Positions 31,878-41,666 of a stretch of 46,823 bases of DNA are shown here, piece by piece. Source of the DNA: Pseudomonas sp. (GTDB lineage Bacteria > Pseudomonadota > Gammaproteobacteria > Pseudomonadales > Pseudomonadaceae); assembly GCA_035563915.1 (NCBI GenBank), contig DATMUG010000007.1:1-46823 (forward strand). Reading direction: 5' to 3'. The notes under the pieces were generated by a model, which was given only the letters and a program-made list of their open reading frames with translations, was not told the origin of the DNA and searched no databases. Made by a program: the position numbers and the translations under genes. How positions within the stretch are numbered: position 1 is the stretch's first letter; each line of letters begins with the position of its first letter.

Positions 31878-32646
31878 ACTCATGCCTTCGCCCAGCCTGC
31901 TACTGGTGCTGCACGATGTCGCACCGCAAACCTGGGTCGATTACCAGCCCTTCGTTGAAGCCGTTGACGCCCTCGGTGCCGTGCCGATGACCTGGCTGGT
32001 GGTGCCGGACTTTCACCACCACAACGACCTGCAGGCCCACCCTGAATTTCGCCACATGCTGTCCGGGCGTCTCGAGCGCGGTGACGAGTTAGCACTGCAC
32101 GGCTATTTTCATTGCGATGATGAACCGCTGGCGGCGAACCCACGGGACTGGTTCATGCGCCGCGTTTATACCCACGAAGGTGAGTTTTACAGATTGTCCC
32201 GGGAACACGCCCTCGCCCGGTTGCAGGCCGGAATCGAGCTGTTCCGCCGATACCACTGGCCACTGCTGGGCTTTGTCGCACCGGCCTGGCTGATGAGTGA
32301 GGGCACGCGCCAGGCGTTGCGCCAACTCCCCCTGACCTACACCAGCGATGCGCAGCATTTGTATCGACTTCCCGACTTCACCCAGGTCGACGCTCCCGGG
32401 CTGGTCTGGAGCGCGCGCAGCGCCTGGCGACGGGGCTTGTCGAAGCTGGTCAGTGACCGACTCGAACACCGCTGGCGCCAGGCCCCGGTCATTCGGCTGG
32501 GTATCCATCCGGTGGACATGCGCCATGAGTTCTCGCGCACTTACTGGCTGAACACCCTCCAGCGCCTGCTCGACGAAGGCCGGATGCCGTTGACCAAGGC
32601 GTGCTGGCTGGCCCGGCAAGACCAACCGCTGGAGCGAGCGGCATGA
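31870..32646 (+). CDS. gpgD: DUF2334/polysaccharide deacetylase-like protein (start at 31870)
   Basis: LHDVAP, ELALHGYFH, EGEF, GFVAPAW, RLGIHPVD NodB-like motifs; overlaps both neighbours. Symbol from recalled synteny. Confidence 0.75.
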   Translation: MVELMPSPSLLLVLHDVAPQTWVDYQPFVEAVDALGAVPMTWLVVPDFHHHNDLQAHPEFRHMLSGRLERGDELALHGYFHCDDEPLAANPRDWFMRRVYTHEGEFYRLSREHALARLQAGIELFRRYHWPLLGFVAPAWLMSEGTRQALRQLPLTYTSDAQHLYRLPDFTQVDAPGLVWSARSAWRRGLSKLVSDRLEHRWRQAPVIRLGIHPVDMRHEFSRTYWLNTLQRLLDEGRMPLTKACWLARQDQPLERAA

Positions 32647-33638
32647 GTCGCGCAATTCTTCTGTTGATTGGCTTGCTCGCCGCCGTGCTGATTCCCTGGG
32701 TACTGGGCGGTAGCGAAACCTGGTCCCGGCTGAAGAGTTTTCCACTGAACGGGTTGCTGGTGATGTTCGGCATGATCTTGCTGTGCTGGATCGTCAATAC
32801 CCTGCGCCTGCGCCTGTTGCTGGGGGATCAACGACAGAAGGTCAGCCCGATCAAAAGCCTGGGCGTGGTGATGGCCGCCGAGTTCGCCTATTGCGCCACC
32901 CCCGGTGGCAGCGGCGGCCCCCTGACGATCATGGCATTGCTGGCGCGCAATGGCGTTCGCCCGGCCAGAGGCAGTGCCGTGTTCGCCATGGACCAGTTGA
33001 GCGATCTGCTGTTCTTTCTCTGTGCATTGAGCGCCCTCCTGATTTATGCCCTCTTCCAACACCTCAGCCAGCGAATGGAGTGGCTGCTGATGGTCAGTGC
33101 GATCTCAATGTTTGGCGGTTTGATCTGCTGCATTGCGGTGGCGCGTTACCATCGACTGGTGATTCGTCTGGGTGGCCGATTGCTCGTTCGCTTGAACGTC
33201 CAATCCACCACGCGCATGCGCTGGGCACGAAAACTCCTGCACTTTCTGGCGGCATTTACCGACACGCTCAAACTGCCCTTTCAGACATTGGTTACGGTGT
33301 TTGCCTTGACCTGCCTGCATTGGATCCTGCGCTACAGCGTGCTGTATCTGGCATTGCGAGGGCTGGGCGCGGATTTGCAGTGGGCCTGGAGCTTTCTGAT
33401 CCAGATGCTGTCACTCAGTGCGGGGCAATTCAGCCTGCTGCCGGGAGGCGCAGGGGCGGCGGAATTGACATCGGCGGCGCTGTTGGCGCCCATGGTGGGG
33501 AAATCGACGGCGGCCGCGGCCATCCTGATCTGGCGGGCAGTGACCTATTACTTCTATTTGCTGGTGGGTGGGCCGGTGTTTTTATTGATGCTGGGTCGGC
33601 CGCTGCTAAGAAAGTTGATGAAACCTAAACAAGCTTAA
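32643..33638 (+). CDS. gpgF: Lysylphosphatidylglycerol-synthase-TM (flippase-like) membrane protein (start at 32643)
   Basis: Multi-TM with TPGGSGG, LPGGAGAAE and LIWRAVTYY motifs; ATGA overlap. Symbol from recalled synteny. Confidence 0.75.
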   Translation: MSRAILLLIGLLAAVLIPWVLGGSETWSRLKSFPLNGLLVMFGMILLCWIVNTLRLRLLLGDQRQKVSPIKSLGVVMAAEFAYCATPGGSGGPLTIMALLARNGVRPARGSAVFAMDQLSDLLFFLCALSALLIYALFQHLSQRMEWLLMVSAISMFGGLICCIAVARYHRLVIRLGGRLLVRLNVQSTTRMRWARKLLHFLAAFTDTLKLPFQTLVTVFALTCLHWILRYSVLYLALRGLGADLQWAWSFLIQMLSLSAGQFSLLPGGAGAAELTSAALLAPMVGKSTAAAAILIWRAVTYYFYLLVGGPVFLLMLGRPLLRKLMKPKQA

Positions 33639-33711
33639 AAGATTGCAGCCTTCGGCAGCGCCTGCATGGGAGCGCGATACCTGTAGGAGCTGCCGAAGGC
33701 TGCGATCTTTT
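33637..33711. repeat. REP doublet (GTAG family)
   Basis: AAAAGATTGCAGCCTTCGGCAGCGCCTGCA ... TGTAGGAGCTGCCGAAGGCTGCGATCTTTT. Confidence 0.88.
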
Positions 33712-33716
33712 CAGGC

Positions 33717-33887
33717 CTATTCGGCTTTATCATCGGACTCTTGCTGCAACTGTTCCCACAACTGGGCAGCACCCGGAAATTCGGTGCCATCCTCCGGGCC
33801 CATGTCATCCGGGTCATAACGACTCAAACAGCCCTCCCCCAACGTCGCGGGGGCCTTGGAAGTGGCTTTATCCAGTGGATCGGCCAT
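33717..33887 (-). CDS. Small acidic hypothetical protein, 56 aa (absent from the supplied ORF track)
   Basis: MADPLDKATSKAPATLGEGCLSRYDPDDMGPEDGTEFPGAAQLWEQLQQESDDKAE*; AGGGGA RBS 7 nt upstream; fills the purU-REP gap. Confidence 0.7.
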   Translation of the reverse strand: MADPLDKATSKAPATLGEGCLSRYDPDDMGPEDGTEFPGAAQLWEQLQQESDDKAE

Positions 33888-33926
33888 GGTGATGTCCCCT
33901 ATTCAGAAACGGCTGCGCAGAAACGG

Positions 33927-33963
33927 CGAAGGGCCTGCAGCGATTGAACGCCCAGGCCCTTCG
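33927..33963 (-). terminator. Stem-loop after purU (weak U-tract)
   Basis: CGAAGGGCCTG...CAGGCCCTTCG inverted repeat. Confidence 0.45.
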
Positions 33964-33987
33964 ATTTTCAACCGTATCGTGACGGAG

Positions 33988-34836
<849 letters not shown>

Positions 34837-35099
34837 GAGGGGGAAACTCCAGAACTTCGCAAAGGCGGCCATTCTAGCGACAACGCAGCAAAACCGCAGT
34901 ATTGATCACGATGTGACTTGCCCGATGGTCACGGGCGAGAGTGCTGCCTGCGCCTTCACAATCGTGTCCTGGCAGTGTTGTTTACCCTGTAAACACATTC
35001 AATTGTGAATATCTGTCGTGGTCGCTTCGAACTTTTAACGGCTCATCCAATACGGGAAAAAACTCTTCGTTTTAAAATTAAATAAACATCGGTTTAATG

Positions 35100-35128
35100 T
35101 TTACTTGATGAAATACCCTGACTATTAT
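35100..35128 (+). promoter_or_regulatory. Candidate sigma70 promoter of mvaT within an AT-rich tract
   Basis: TTTACT-N17-TATTAT, 46 nt before the ATG. Confidence 0.55.
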
Positions 35129-35174
35129 TGCGGCACTGTCCCCCTGCCATCCTGTTCTACATAAGGTAGAAATC

Positions 35175-35552
35175 ATGTCCCTGATCAACGAATATCGCGC
35201 CACCGAAGAAGCCATCAAAGAGCTGCAAGCCCGTTTGAAGAACCTGTCCCAAGACGACAAACTGCAAACCGAGCTGGAATTCGAAGGCAAACTGCGCACC
35301 CTGATGGGCGAATACTCCAAGTCCCTGCGCGACATCATCGCGCTGCTGGATCCGGAATCCAAAACCAAGGCACCACGTGGCGGTGCAGTAAAAACTACCG
35401 GCACCAAGCGTGCCCGCAAAGTTAAACAATACAAAAACCCGCACAACGGCGAAGTCATTGAAACCAAAGGCGGTAACCACAAGACTCTGAAAGAGTGGAA
35501 AGCCAAGTGGGGCGGTGACGTGGTTGAAGGCTGGGCGACCCTGCTGGGCTAA
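35175..35552 (+). CDS. mvaT: H-NS-like nucleoid-structuring protein MvaT (TurA)
   Basis: MSLINEYRATEEAIKEL, YKNPHNGEVIETKGGNHKTLKEWK; purU-mvaT-sbcB order. Confidence 0.96.
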   Translation: MSLINEYRATEEAIKELQARLKNLSQDDKLQTELEFEGKLRTLMGEYSKSLRDIIALLDPESKTKAPRGGAVKTTGTKRARKVKQYKNPHNGEVIETKGGNHKTLKEWKAKWGGDVVEGWATLLG

Positions 35553-35584
35553 GCCGCAGCACTTGTCGCCGATAAATCTGTGAC

Positions 35585-35619
35585 AAAAAATAACGCCAGC
35601 ATTACGCTGGCGTTTTTTT
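35585..35619. terminator. Bidirectional terminator between mvaT and sbcB
   Basis: A-run AACGCCAGC-ATTAC-GCTGGCGTT T-run. Confidence 0.85.
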
Positions 35620-35650
35620 ATGCCTCGAATTCAACGCCTTGTTTTCGAAT

Positions 35651-37081
35651 TCAAAGATTCAAACGTTTGCGCAATTCCCCAACATAGTGCTGCCATTGAT
35701 CAAGCACCTCTTGCTGAAAAGGCGTCGCTGTAAGAGCCCATTGGGCCGCGGCCTGCGTGAAACTTTCCAGGGTATTGGGTGCACCCCATTCCGGGTCTGA
35801 CAAACGTTTCTGACAGAATATTCCCCAACGCTCTTGCTCTTCAAAACTCAAGGTGTCGGAAAAGTTACGTGCGCGATATCGAAACAATAATTCCGGCAGA
35901 CGTTCATCATCGAAAGGCCATTGCTGTTGCGCCAATTGAATCGGATCGACCGTTCGCACTTGTTCACATAGGCGGCGATCGCGGTCGCCAATGAAACCAT
36001 CGTATAACTGTTGTTCGGGGTCTTGGCTCGGAGCAAATTCCTCGCTGGCATAAATCTTCAGGACTTTATCCTGCCAGACCTTCTGCGCGTCACTCAGTCG
36101 CAGTGCGCGCTGCTGATACAGCGCCATATCCAGTCCAAGACGCTGTTGATCTTCCGGGCGCAGAACCCCCAGGGGTGCCACCACCGGGCATTTATTGATG
36201 TGAATGAGCTTGAGCGGCACCGGCAACTCACCCTCGGGCAAATCCTCGCGCCGGGTGTACAGGCGCTGGCGCAAGGTATCGGCATCCACGTCCAGCAATC
36301 CCTGGGGATCCAGATGCAGATCGCAGACAATCAATGCGTTCTTGTTGCGCGGATGCCAGGCCAGGGGCAGCACCACGCCGATGTAGCCCCGCGCTGCGGA
36401 AAAACGCCCGGACACATGCACCATCGGTTTAAGCAGGCGAATCTGATCCAGCACTTTTTGCTTGCTGCGCAGCTGAAACAGAAAGTCGTACAGCTTCGGT
36501 TGCTTTTCCCGGATCAGGCGCGCGAGGGCAATGGTGGCGCGCACGTCCGACAGCGCCTCGTGGGCATTGCCGTGATCGATCGCGTTCGCAGCGCTCAGGC
36601 GTTCGAGCTTGAGTGTCACCCGCCCCTCGTCGTCCGTCGGCCAGACGATGCCGTCCGGACGCAAGGCGTAGGCCGCACGCACCACATCGATCAGGTCCCA
36701 GCGACTGTTGCCGCCTTGCCATTCCCGCGCATAGGGGTCGAAAAAGTTGCGGTACAGGCTGTAGCGGGTCATCTCGTCGTCGAAACGCAAGGTGTTATAG
36801 CCCGCGCCACAGGTGCCGGGCGCTGCCAGTTGGGCATGCACCCGGGTCATGAAGTCGGCCTCGCTCAAGCCTCGTTCAGACAAAACGCCTGGGGTAATGC
36901 CGGTAATGGCGCAGGCCGCCGGGTGCGGCAGGATGTCGTCGCTCGGCCGGCAATAGAGATTGACCGGTTCGTCGATTTCATTGAGATCAAAGTCAGTACG
37001 CAGCCCCGCCATTTGCAGGGGCCGGTCGCAACGGGGATTGATTCCCGTCGTTTCATAGTCGTACCAGAAGATGGAAGTCAC
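35651..37081 (-). CDS. sbcB: Exodeoxyribonuclease I
   Basis: WYDYETTG (ExoI), GYNTLRFDDE (ExoII), AHEALSDVRATI (ExoIII), HINKCP, LLFRYRARNF. Confidence 0.96.
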   Translation of the reverse strand: MTSIFWYDYETTGINPRCDRPLQMAGLRTDFDLNEIDEPVNLYCRPSDDILPHPAACAITGITPGVLSERGLSEADFMTRVHAQLAAPGTCGAGYNTLRFDDEMTRYSLYRNFFDPYAREWQGGNSRWDLIDVVRAAYALRPDGIVWPTDDEGRVTLKLERLSAANAIDHGNAHEALSDVRATIALARLIREKQPKLYDFLFQLRSKQKVLDQIRLLKPMVHVSGRFSAARGYIGVVLPLAWHPRNKNALIVCDLHLDPQGLLDVDADTLRQRLYTRREDLPEGELPVPLKLIHINKCPVVAPLGVLRPEDQQRLGLDMALYQQRALRLSDAQKVWQDKVLKIYASEEFAPSQDPEQQLYDGFIGDRDRRLCEQVRTVDPIQLAQQQWPFDDERLPELLFRYRARNFSDTLSFEEQERWGIFCQKRLSDPEWGAPNTLESFTQAAAQWALTATPFQQEVLDQWQHYVGELRKRLNL

Positions 37082-37254
37082 AGGCGTGTCCTGAACGTGA
37101 GATCGGCGAAGTCTAGGCTTTCAAGTCCTGCCGGGGCCAGCAATGTTGTTGTTCAATCGTATCGACTCAAGCCACTGGCAACATTTTCACAGGCAAGGCT
37201 GCTAGCATCGAGAAGACGAGACCCTCCCGATCAGGCCACATCATCAGGTTGCCC

Positions 37255-37980
37255 ATGTTCGAGACTGCAGCACTGCCACGGAAAGCGACGCTGTCCCCGC
37301 CACTGGATACGCGGTATCAAGTCGAAACGCCGGAAGGCATCGATTTGCCCTTGCGTCCCGCCGGGCTGATGGTACGTGCGCTGGCGTTCGCCATCGACCT
37401 GGCACTGCGAGGTCTGATCCTCGGCCTGCTGTTTGTGGTTCTTTCGATGCTCGGCAAGCTGGGCATGGGGCTGGGTTCGCTGCTGATCTTCGCCGTGAGC
37501 TGGTGGTACATGGTGTTGTTCGAAGTCCTCAACCAGGGTCGCTCACCGGGCAAGCAATGGATGGGCCTGCGGGTGGTGCAGGATGACGGCACGCCCATCG
37601 GCTGGTCCGCCTCGCTGCTGCGTAACCTGTTGCGCTTTGTCGACCTGCTGCCGTTCGGTTACTTCCTCGGCGCCATCAGCTGCCTGCAATCTCCCGGGTT
37701 CAAGCGCCTCGGTGACATTGCCGCCGGTACGCTGGTGATCTACCGCGAACGACCGCTCCCCCGCCCGCAACTGCCGCCCGCCCCACCGCGCCACCCACCC
37801 TTTAAGCTGACATTGACCGAACAGCGCGCCATCCTCGGGTTCGCCGAACGCCAGGCTGAACTCTCCGATGCCAGGGTCAATGAACTGGCCGCCATCCTCG
37901 CCCAGCCGCTACAGGTTCCCGCGCCGCAGGCAGCCGCCGAACTCAATGGCATCGCCCGCGGGCTGTTGGGTCCGGCATGA
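37255..37980 (+). CDS. RDD family membrane protein
   Basis: VETPEG, RALAFAIDL, GRSPGK...GLRVV, RNLLRFVD, KRLGDIAAGTLV; start uncertain. Confidence 0.85.
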   Translation: MFETAALPRKATLSPPLDTRYQVETPEGIDLPLRPAGLMVRALAFAIDLALRGLILGLLFVVLSMLGKLGMGLGSLLIFAVSWWYMVLFEVLNQGRSPGKQWMGLRVVQDDGTPIGWSASLLRNLLRFVDLLPFGYFLGAISCLQSPGFKRLGDIAAGTLVIYRERPLPRPQLPPAPPRHPPFKLTLTEQRAILGFAERQAELSDARVNELAAILAQPLQVPAPQAAAELNGIARGLLGPA

Positions 37981-38954
37981 AGCAGAGTCTTTTCGAACAT
38001 CGGCACATGGCCGAATGGGAGCAGTTCGACGGCCTGCTGCAAAGGCTGGAGGGCGACAGGAACGCCACCGGTCTGGACAACTTTCCCGGCGACTATCGGC
38101 GTATCTGCCAGCACCTGGCCCTGGCTCGGGAGCGCGGCTACAGCAGCTTTCTGATCGATTCCTTGCAGCAACAAGTGCTGCGCGGGCATCAACAGCTGTA
38201 CCGCCATCGCAGCCGACCCGGCGCCAATGTGCTGGCGTTCATCCTCGCCGACTTCCCGCGCCTGGTGCGCGAACAATGGCGCTTCGTACTGGCCGCCAGC
38301 CTGATGTTTTTCGGCAGTCTTATCGGCTTTGCGGTGCTGGTTTACCTGTTCCCGGACCTGGTCTACAACCTGATGCCGGCCGAGCAGGTCAGCGACATGC
38401 AAAGCATGTACGACCCCCAGGCCGGTCACCTCGGGCGCTCGGTGGAGCGAGCCGCCAGCGAGGATTGGGTGATGTTCGGCTACTACATCATGCATAACAT
38501 CGGGATCGCCTTTCAGACCTTCGCCAGCGGTTTGCTGTTTGGTCTGGGCAGCGCATTTTTCCTGTTCTACAACGGTTTGATCATCGGCACGGTGGCCGGG
38601 CACCTGACGCAGATCGGCTACGGCCAGACCTTCTGGTCCTTCGTCATCGGGCATGGCGCCTTCGAACTGACCGCCATTGCCCTGGCCGGCGCCGCTGGCC
38701 TGAAACTGGGCTGGGCGCTGATCGCACCGGGACGCCTGCCCCGTGGCGAAGCCTTGCGTCTGGCGGCGCGCAAGAGCGTGTTGCTGATTTGCGGGGTCAT
38801 GCTGTTTCTGCTGATCGCGGCGTTCATCGAAGCCTACTGGTCGTCGATGACCACCCCAACGCCCCAGACCAAGTATCTGGTCGGTGCTGCACTTTGGCTG
38901 TTGGTCGCAGGTTATCTGCTGTTTGCCGGACGGGTCCGCCATGCGCCTGAGTGA
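37977..38954 (+). CDS. SpoIIM/DUF95 family membrane protein
   Basis: HNIGIAF, FYNG, HGAFELTAI, AAFIEAY; multi-TM. Confidence 0.85.
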   Translation: MKQSLFEHRHMAEWEQFDGLLQRLEGDRNATGLDNFPGDYRRICQHLALARERGYSSFLIDSLQQQVLRGHQQLYRHRSRPGANVLAFILADFPRLVREQWRFVLAASLMFFGSLIGFAVLVYLFPDLVYNLMPAEQVSDMQSMYDPQAGHLGRSVERAASEDWVMFGYYIMHNIGIAFQTFASGLLFGLGSAFFLFYNGLIIGTVAGHLTQIGYGQTFWSFVIGHGAFELTAIALAGAAGLKLGWALIAPGRLPRGEALRLAARKSVLLICGVMLFLLIAAFIEAYWSSMTTPTPQTKYLVGAALWLLVAGYLLFAGRVRHAPE

Positions 38955-40485
38955 TGCCAGTGTGGTGATCCGCCCGCGCCCGACCTGGGAAGCCATGGAC
39001 CTGGGAGTGTTACTGAGCCAGCGCCATCGCCGCCTGCTCATGACCAGTTGGGCCGTCGTGACGCTGCCGGTCTTTGCCCTGCTGACCTGGCTGTTCTGGG
39101 AGTCGCCGTCACTGGCGGTCTTCATCTTCTGGTGGCTGAAACCGGCGTTCGATCGCCTGCCGCTGTACATCCTGTCCAAGGCCATGTTCGGTGAAACCCC
39201 GACACTGAAACAGGCCCTTCACCAATGGCCACGACTGCTCAAGCCGCAACTGCTGGCCAGCCTGACCTGGCGGCGCTTGAGCCTGAGTCGCAGCTTCCTG
39301 ATGCCAGTGGTTCAGCTCGAAGGCCTTGGCGGTGAAGCGCGACAACAGCGCCTGCACGTCTTGCTGCAACGTGACGCCAACGCGGCGCGATGGCTGACGG
39401 TGATTGGCGTGCACCTCGAAATTGCACTGTGGATCGGTCTGACGGTGCTGTTCTACCTGCTCCTGCCGCAACAGGTAGCCATCGACTGGAGCTGGCAATC
39501 GCTGATCACTGCCGCCACCCAGGACTGGCGCTGGCTGGAGCACCTGACCAATGCTTTTTATGCGCTGGTGCTGGTGGTGTGGGAGCCGATTTATGTCGCC
39601 TGCGGGTTCAGCCTTTATTTGAACCGCCGCACCGTGCTGGAAGCCTGGGACATCGAACTGGTGTTCCGCCGGCTGCGCCAACGCTTGAGCAGCAGCGCCG
39701 CTGGACTGTTGATGGTGATGATGGTGCTGATGCCTGCCAGTCAACATATCCGGGCCGCAGAGTCGCCTCCTTCCCCCGATAGCCCGCGCCTGCTGGAACA
39801 ACCACTGACCAGTCAGGCATCCCGGGCCAGTATCCAGACGATCCTCGATCAACCACCGTTCAAGAACCTGGAATCGGTAACCCGTTATCGCTTCGCTGAA
39901 GAAAAGGCCAGCACCGAGTCCCCGGACGATGGCCAGACACCGGCATGGCTCAAGGCGTTGTTCGAGCTGTTTGGCAGCCAGCGCTTCGGCGCAGTCGCCA
40001 CCCTGATCGAGACTATGCTGTGGGGCGCGGTGATCGCTGCCGTCGGCCTGTTGATCTGGCGTTACCGCGACTGGTTGCAGACGTTTGTGAGTCGTCGCCC
40101 GCTTCCTGGCAAAAAAAACCCGCCAACGCTGCCTCAACAAGCGTTCGGCCTGGACCTCAACCGCGATACCTTGCCGGCCGACATTGCCGCCAGCGCCGAA
40201 AGCCTCTGGCAAAGCCAGCCCCGGGAAGCGCTCGGTTTGCTCTATCGCGCCCTGCTCAGTCACCTGCTGAACGATTTCAACCTGGTGCTCAAGGCTGCCG
40301 ACACCGAAGGTCAGGTGCTTGAACGCATCGAGCAGCTGCAGCAGCCAGCCCTGCTGGCTTTCAGCCAAGACCTGACGATGCACTGGCAAAACATGGCCTA
40401 CGGGCACCGTTTGCCTGCGGCCGATACGAGACAGCAACTGTGTGATGGTTGGCGGGCCTTGTTCGGGCCGGGGGCAAAGCGTTGA
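38941..40485 (+). CDS. Membrane protein with C-terminal DUF4129-like domain (start at 38941)
   Basis: RPRPTWEAMDLG, several TMs, LYLNRRTVLEAWDIE, REALGLLYRALL...TEG...AYG. Confidence 0.75.
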   Translation: MRLSDASVVIRPRPTWEAMDLGVLLSQRHRRLLMTSWAVVTLPVFALLTWLFWESPSLAVFIFWWLKPAFDRLPLYILSKAMFGETPTLKQALHQWPRLLKPQLLASLTWRRLSLSRSFLMPVVQLEGLGGEARQQRLHVLLQRDANAARWLTVIGVHLEIALWIGLTVLFYLLLPQQVAIDWSWQSLITAATQDWRWLEHLTNAFYALVLVVWEPIYVACGFSLYLNRRTVLEAWDIELVFRRLRQRLSSSAAGLLMVMMVLMPASQHIRAAESPPSPDSPRLLEQPLTSQASRASIQTILDQPPFKNLESVTRYRFAEEKASTESPDDGQTPAWLKALFELFGSQRFGAVATLIETMLWGAVIAAVGLLIWRYRDWLQTFVSRRPLPGKKNPPTLPQQAFGLDLNRDTLPADIAASAESLWQSQPREALGLLYRALLSHLLNDFNLVLKAADTEGQVLERIEQLQQPALLAFSQDLTMHWQNMAYGHRLPAADTRQQLCDGWRALFGPGAKR

Positions 40486-41666
40486 GCCGGCGTGCCTGGC
40501 CTTTGGTGCTCGGCATCCTGATCGCCGCGCTCCTGGGTGCGCTGAGCCTCTATCTCTATGTCAAGGCGATCCCCTACACGGATCAAATCGATCACGGCCC
40601 CTCGCCCGAAGCCCAGGCCAATCCGTACCTGGCCGCCGAGCACTTCCTGCGCCAACAGGGCCTGAGCGTCAGCCATACCAACAGCCTCGACATCTTGCCT
40701 GGCCTGGAGCCTCGTCGCAGCAGCCTGCTGTTACTCGGCGATCGCTACAACATGACACCCCGGCAAATCGATCAAGTGATGAACTGGACCCGGGCCGGCG
40801 GACGACTGTTGTTCGTCGCTCAATCGCTGTGGGACGAAAAGGCCGGCAAGAGCAACGACCTGCTGCTCGACCGGGTGCAGTTGCATCAATCCTTGAGCAA
40901 GGACCTCAAGGATCCACCGCCGGACAGCGATAAAGGCAAGGGCAATGGCACCGACCCTTACCCGAATCTGACCAGGCTGTATCTGGAAAACGAAGACGCA
41001 CCCGCCTATGCCGGCTTCGATACCGCGTTCCACCTCGAAGACCCGAACAACCTCGCCCAGGCCTGGGCCAACAGCGCCAAGGCCACGCACATGATGCAAC
41101 TCAGCCACGGGCTCGGCTCGATCATCGTGGTGACAGACGCCGACCTGTGGAAAACGCCAGCCATCGGCCAGTACGACAACGCCTGGCTGCTCTGGTATCT
41201 GACGGCCGATACCCATGTGACGCTGATGTACGACACCGCCCACGAGAACTTGTGGGCCTTGTTGCTGCGCTATTTCCCCCAGGCGCTGGTGGCCCTGATT
41301 GCCCTGATCGGATTGGGCTTGTGGCATGTCGGCATGCGCCACGGCCCCGTGCAAGCGCCAGCACCAAAAGCGCGCCGGCAACTGCTGGAACATGTGCGCG
41401 CCAGTGCCGACTTCATGTTGCGTCGCAATGGTCAGCACAGCCTGCTGCACGCTTTGCAGCAGGACATCCTGCGTCGGGTTCGCCATCGTTATCCCGGCTT
41501 CGACCAACTGGCCGTCGCCGAACAATGGCTGGTGCTGTCGCGCCTGACCCGGCAACCCACGCGCGCCATCAGCCAGGCCATGAGCCCGCGACCGAAGCAA
41601 CGGCTATCCAGCGCCGAATTCAGTCGTCAGGTCGCCCATCTGCAAACCTTGAGGAACGCCCTATGA
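40482..41666 (+). CDS. DUF4350-like protein with N- and C-terminal TM anchors (TTG start at 40482)
   Basis: N-terminal TM, NPYLAAEHFL, W..AGGRL, YDNAWLL, second TM followed by RHGP; TTGA overlap. Confidence 0.75.
   Translation: MSRRAWPLVLGILIAALLGALSLYLYVKAIPYTDQIDHGPSPEAQANPYLAAEHFLRQQGLSVSHTNSLDILPGLEPRRSSLLLLGDRYNMTPRQIDQVMNWTRAGGRLLFVAQSLWDEKAGKSNDLLLDRVQLHQSLSKDLKDPPPDSDKGKGNGTDPYPNLTRLYLENEDAPAYAGFDTAFHLEDPNNLAQAWANSAKATHMMQLSHGLGSIIVVTDADLWKTPAIGQYDNAWLLWYLTADTHVTLMYDTAHENLWALLLRYFPQALVALIALIGLGLWHVGMRHGPVQAPAPKARRQLLEHVRASADFMLRRNGQHSLLHALQQDILRRVRHRYPGFDQLAVAEQWLVLSRLTRQPTRAISQAMSPRPKQRLSSAEFSRQVAHLQTLRNAL

Noticed and set aside
34960-35130. AT-rich tract as a horizontally acquired fragment
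   Set aside because: It is short and coincides with the purU/mvaT divergent promoter region, so it is better explained as promoter or MvaT-binding DNA.
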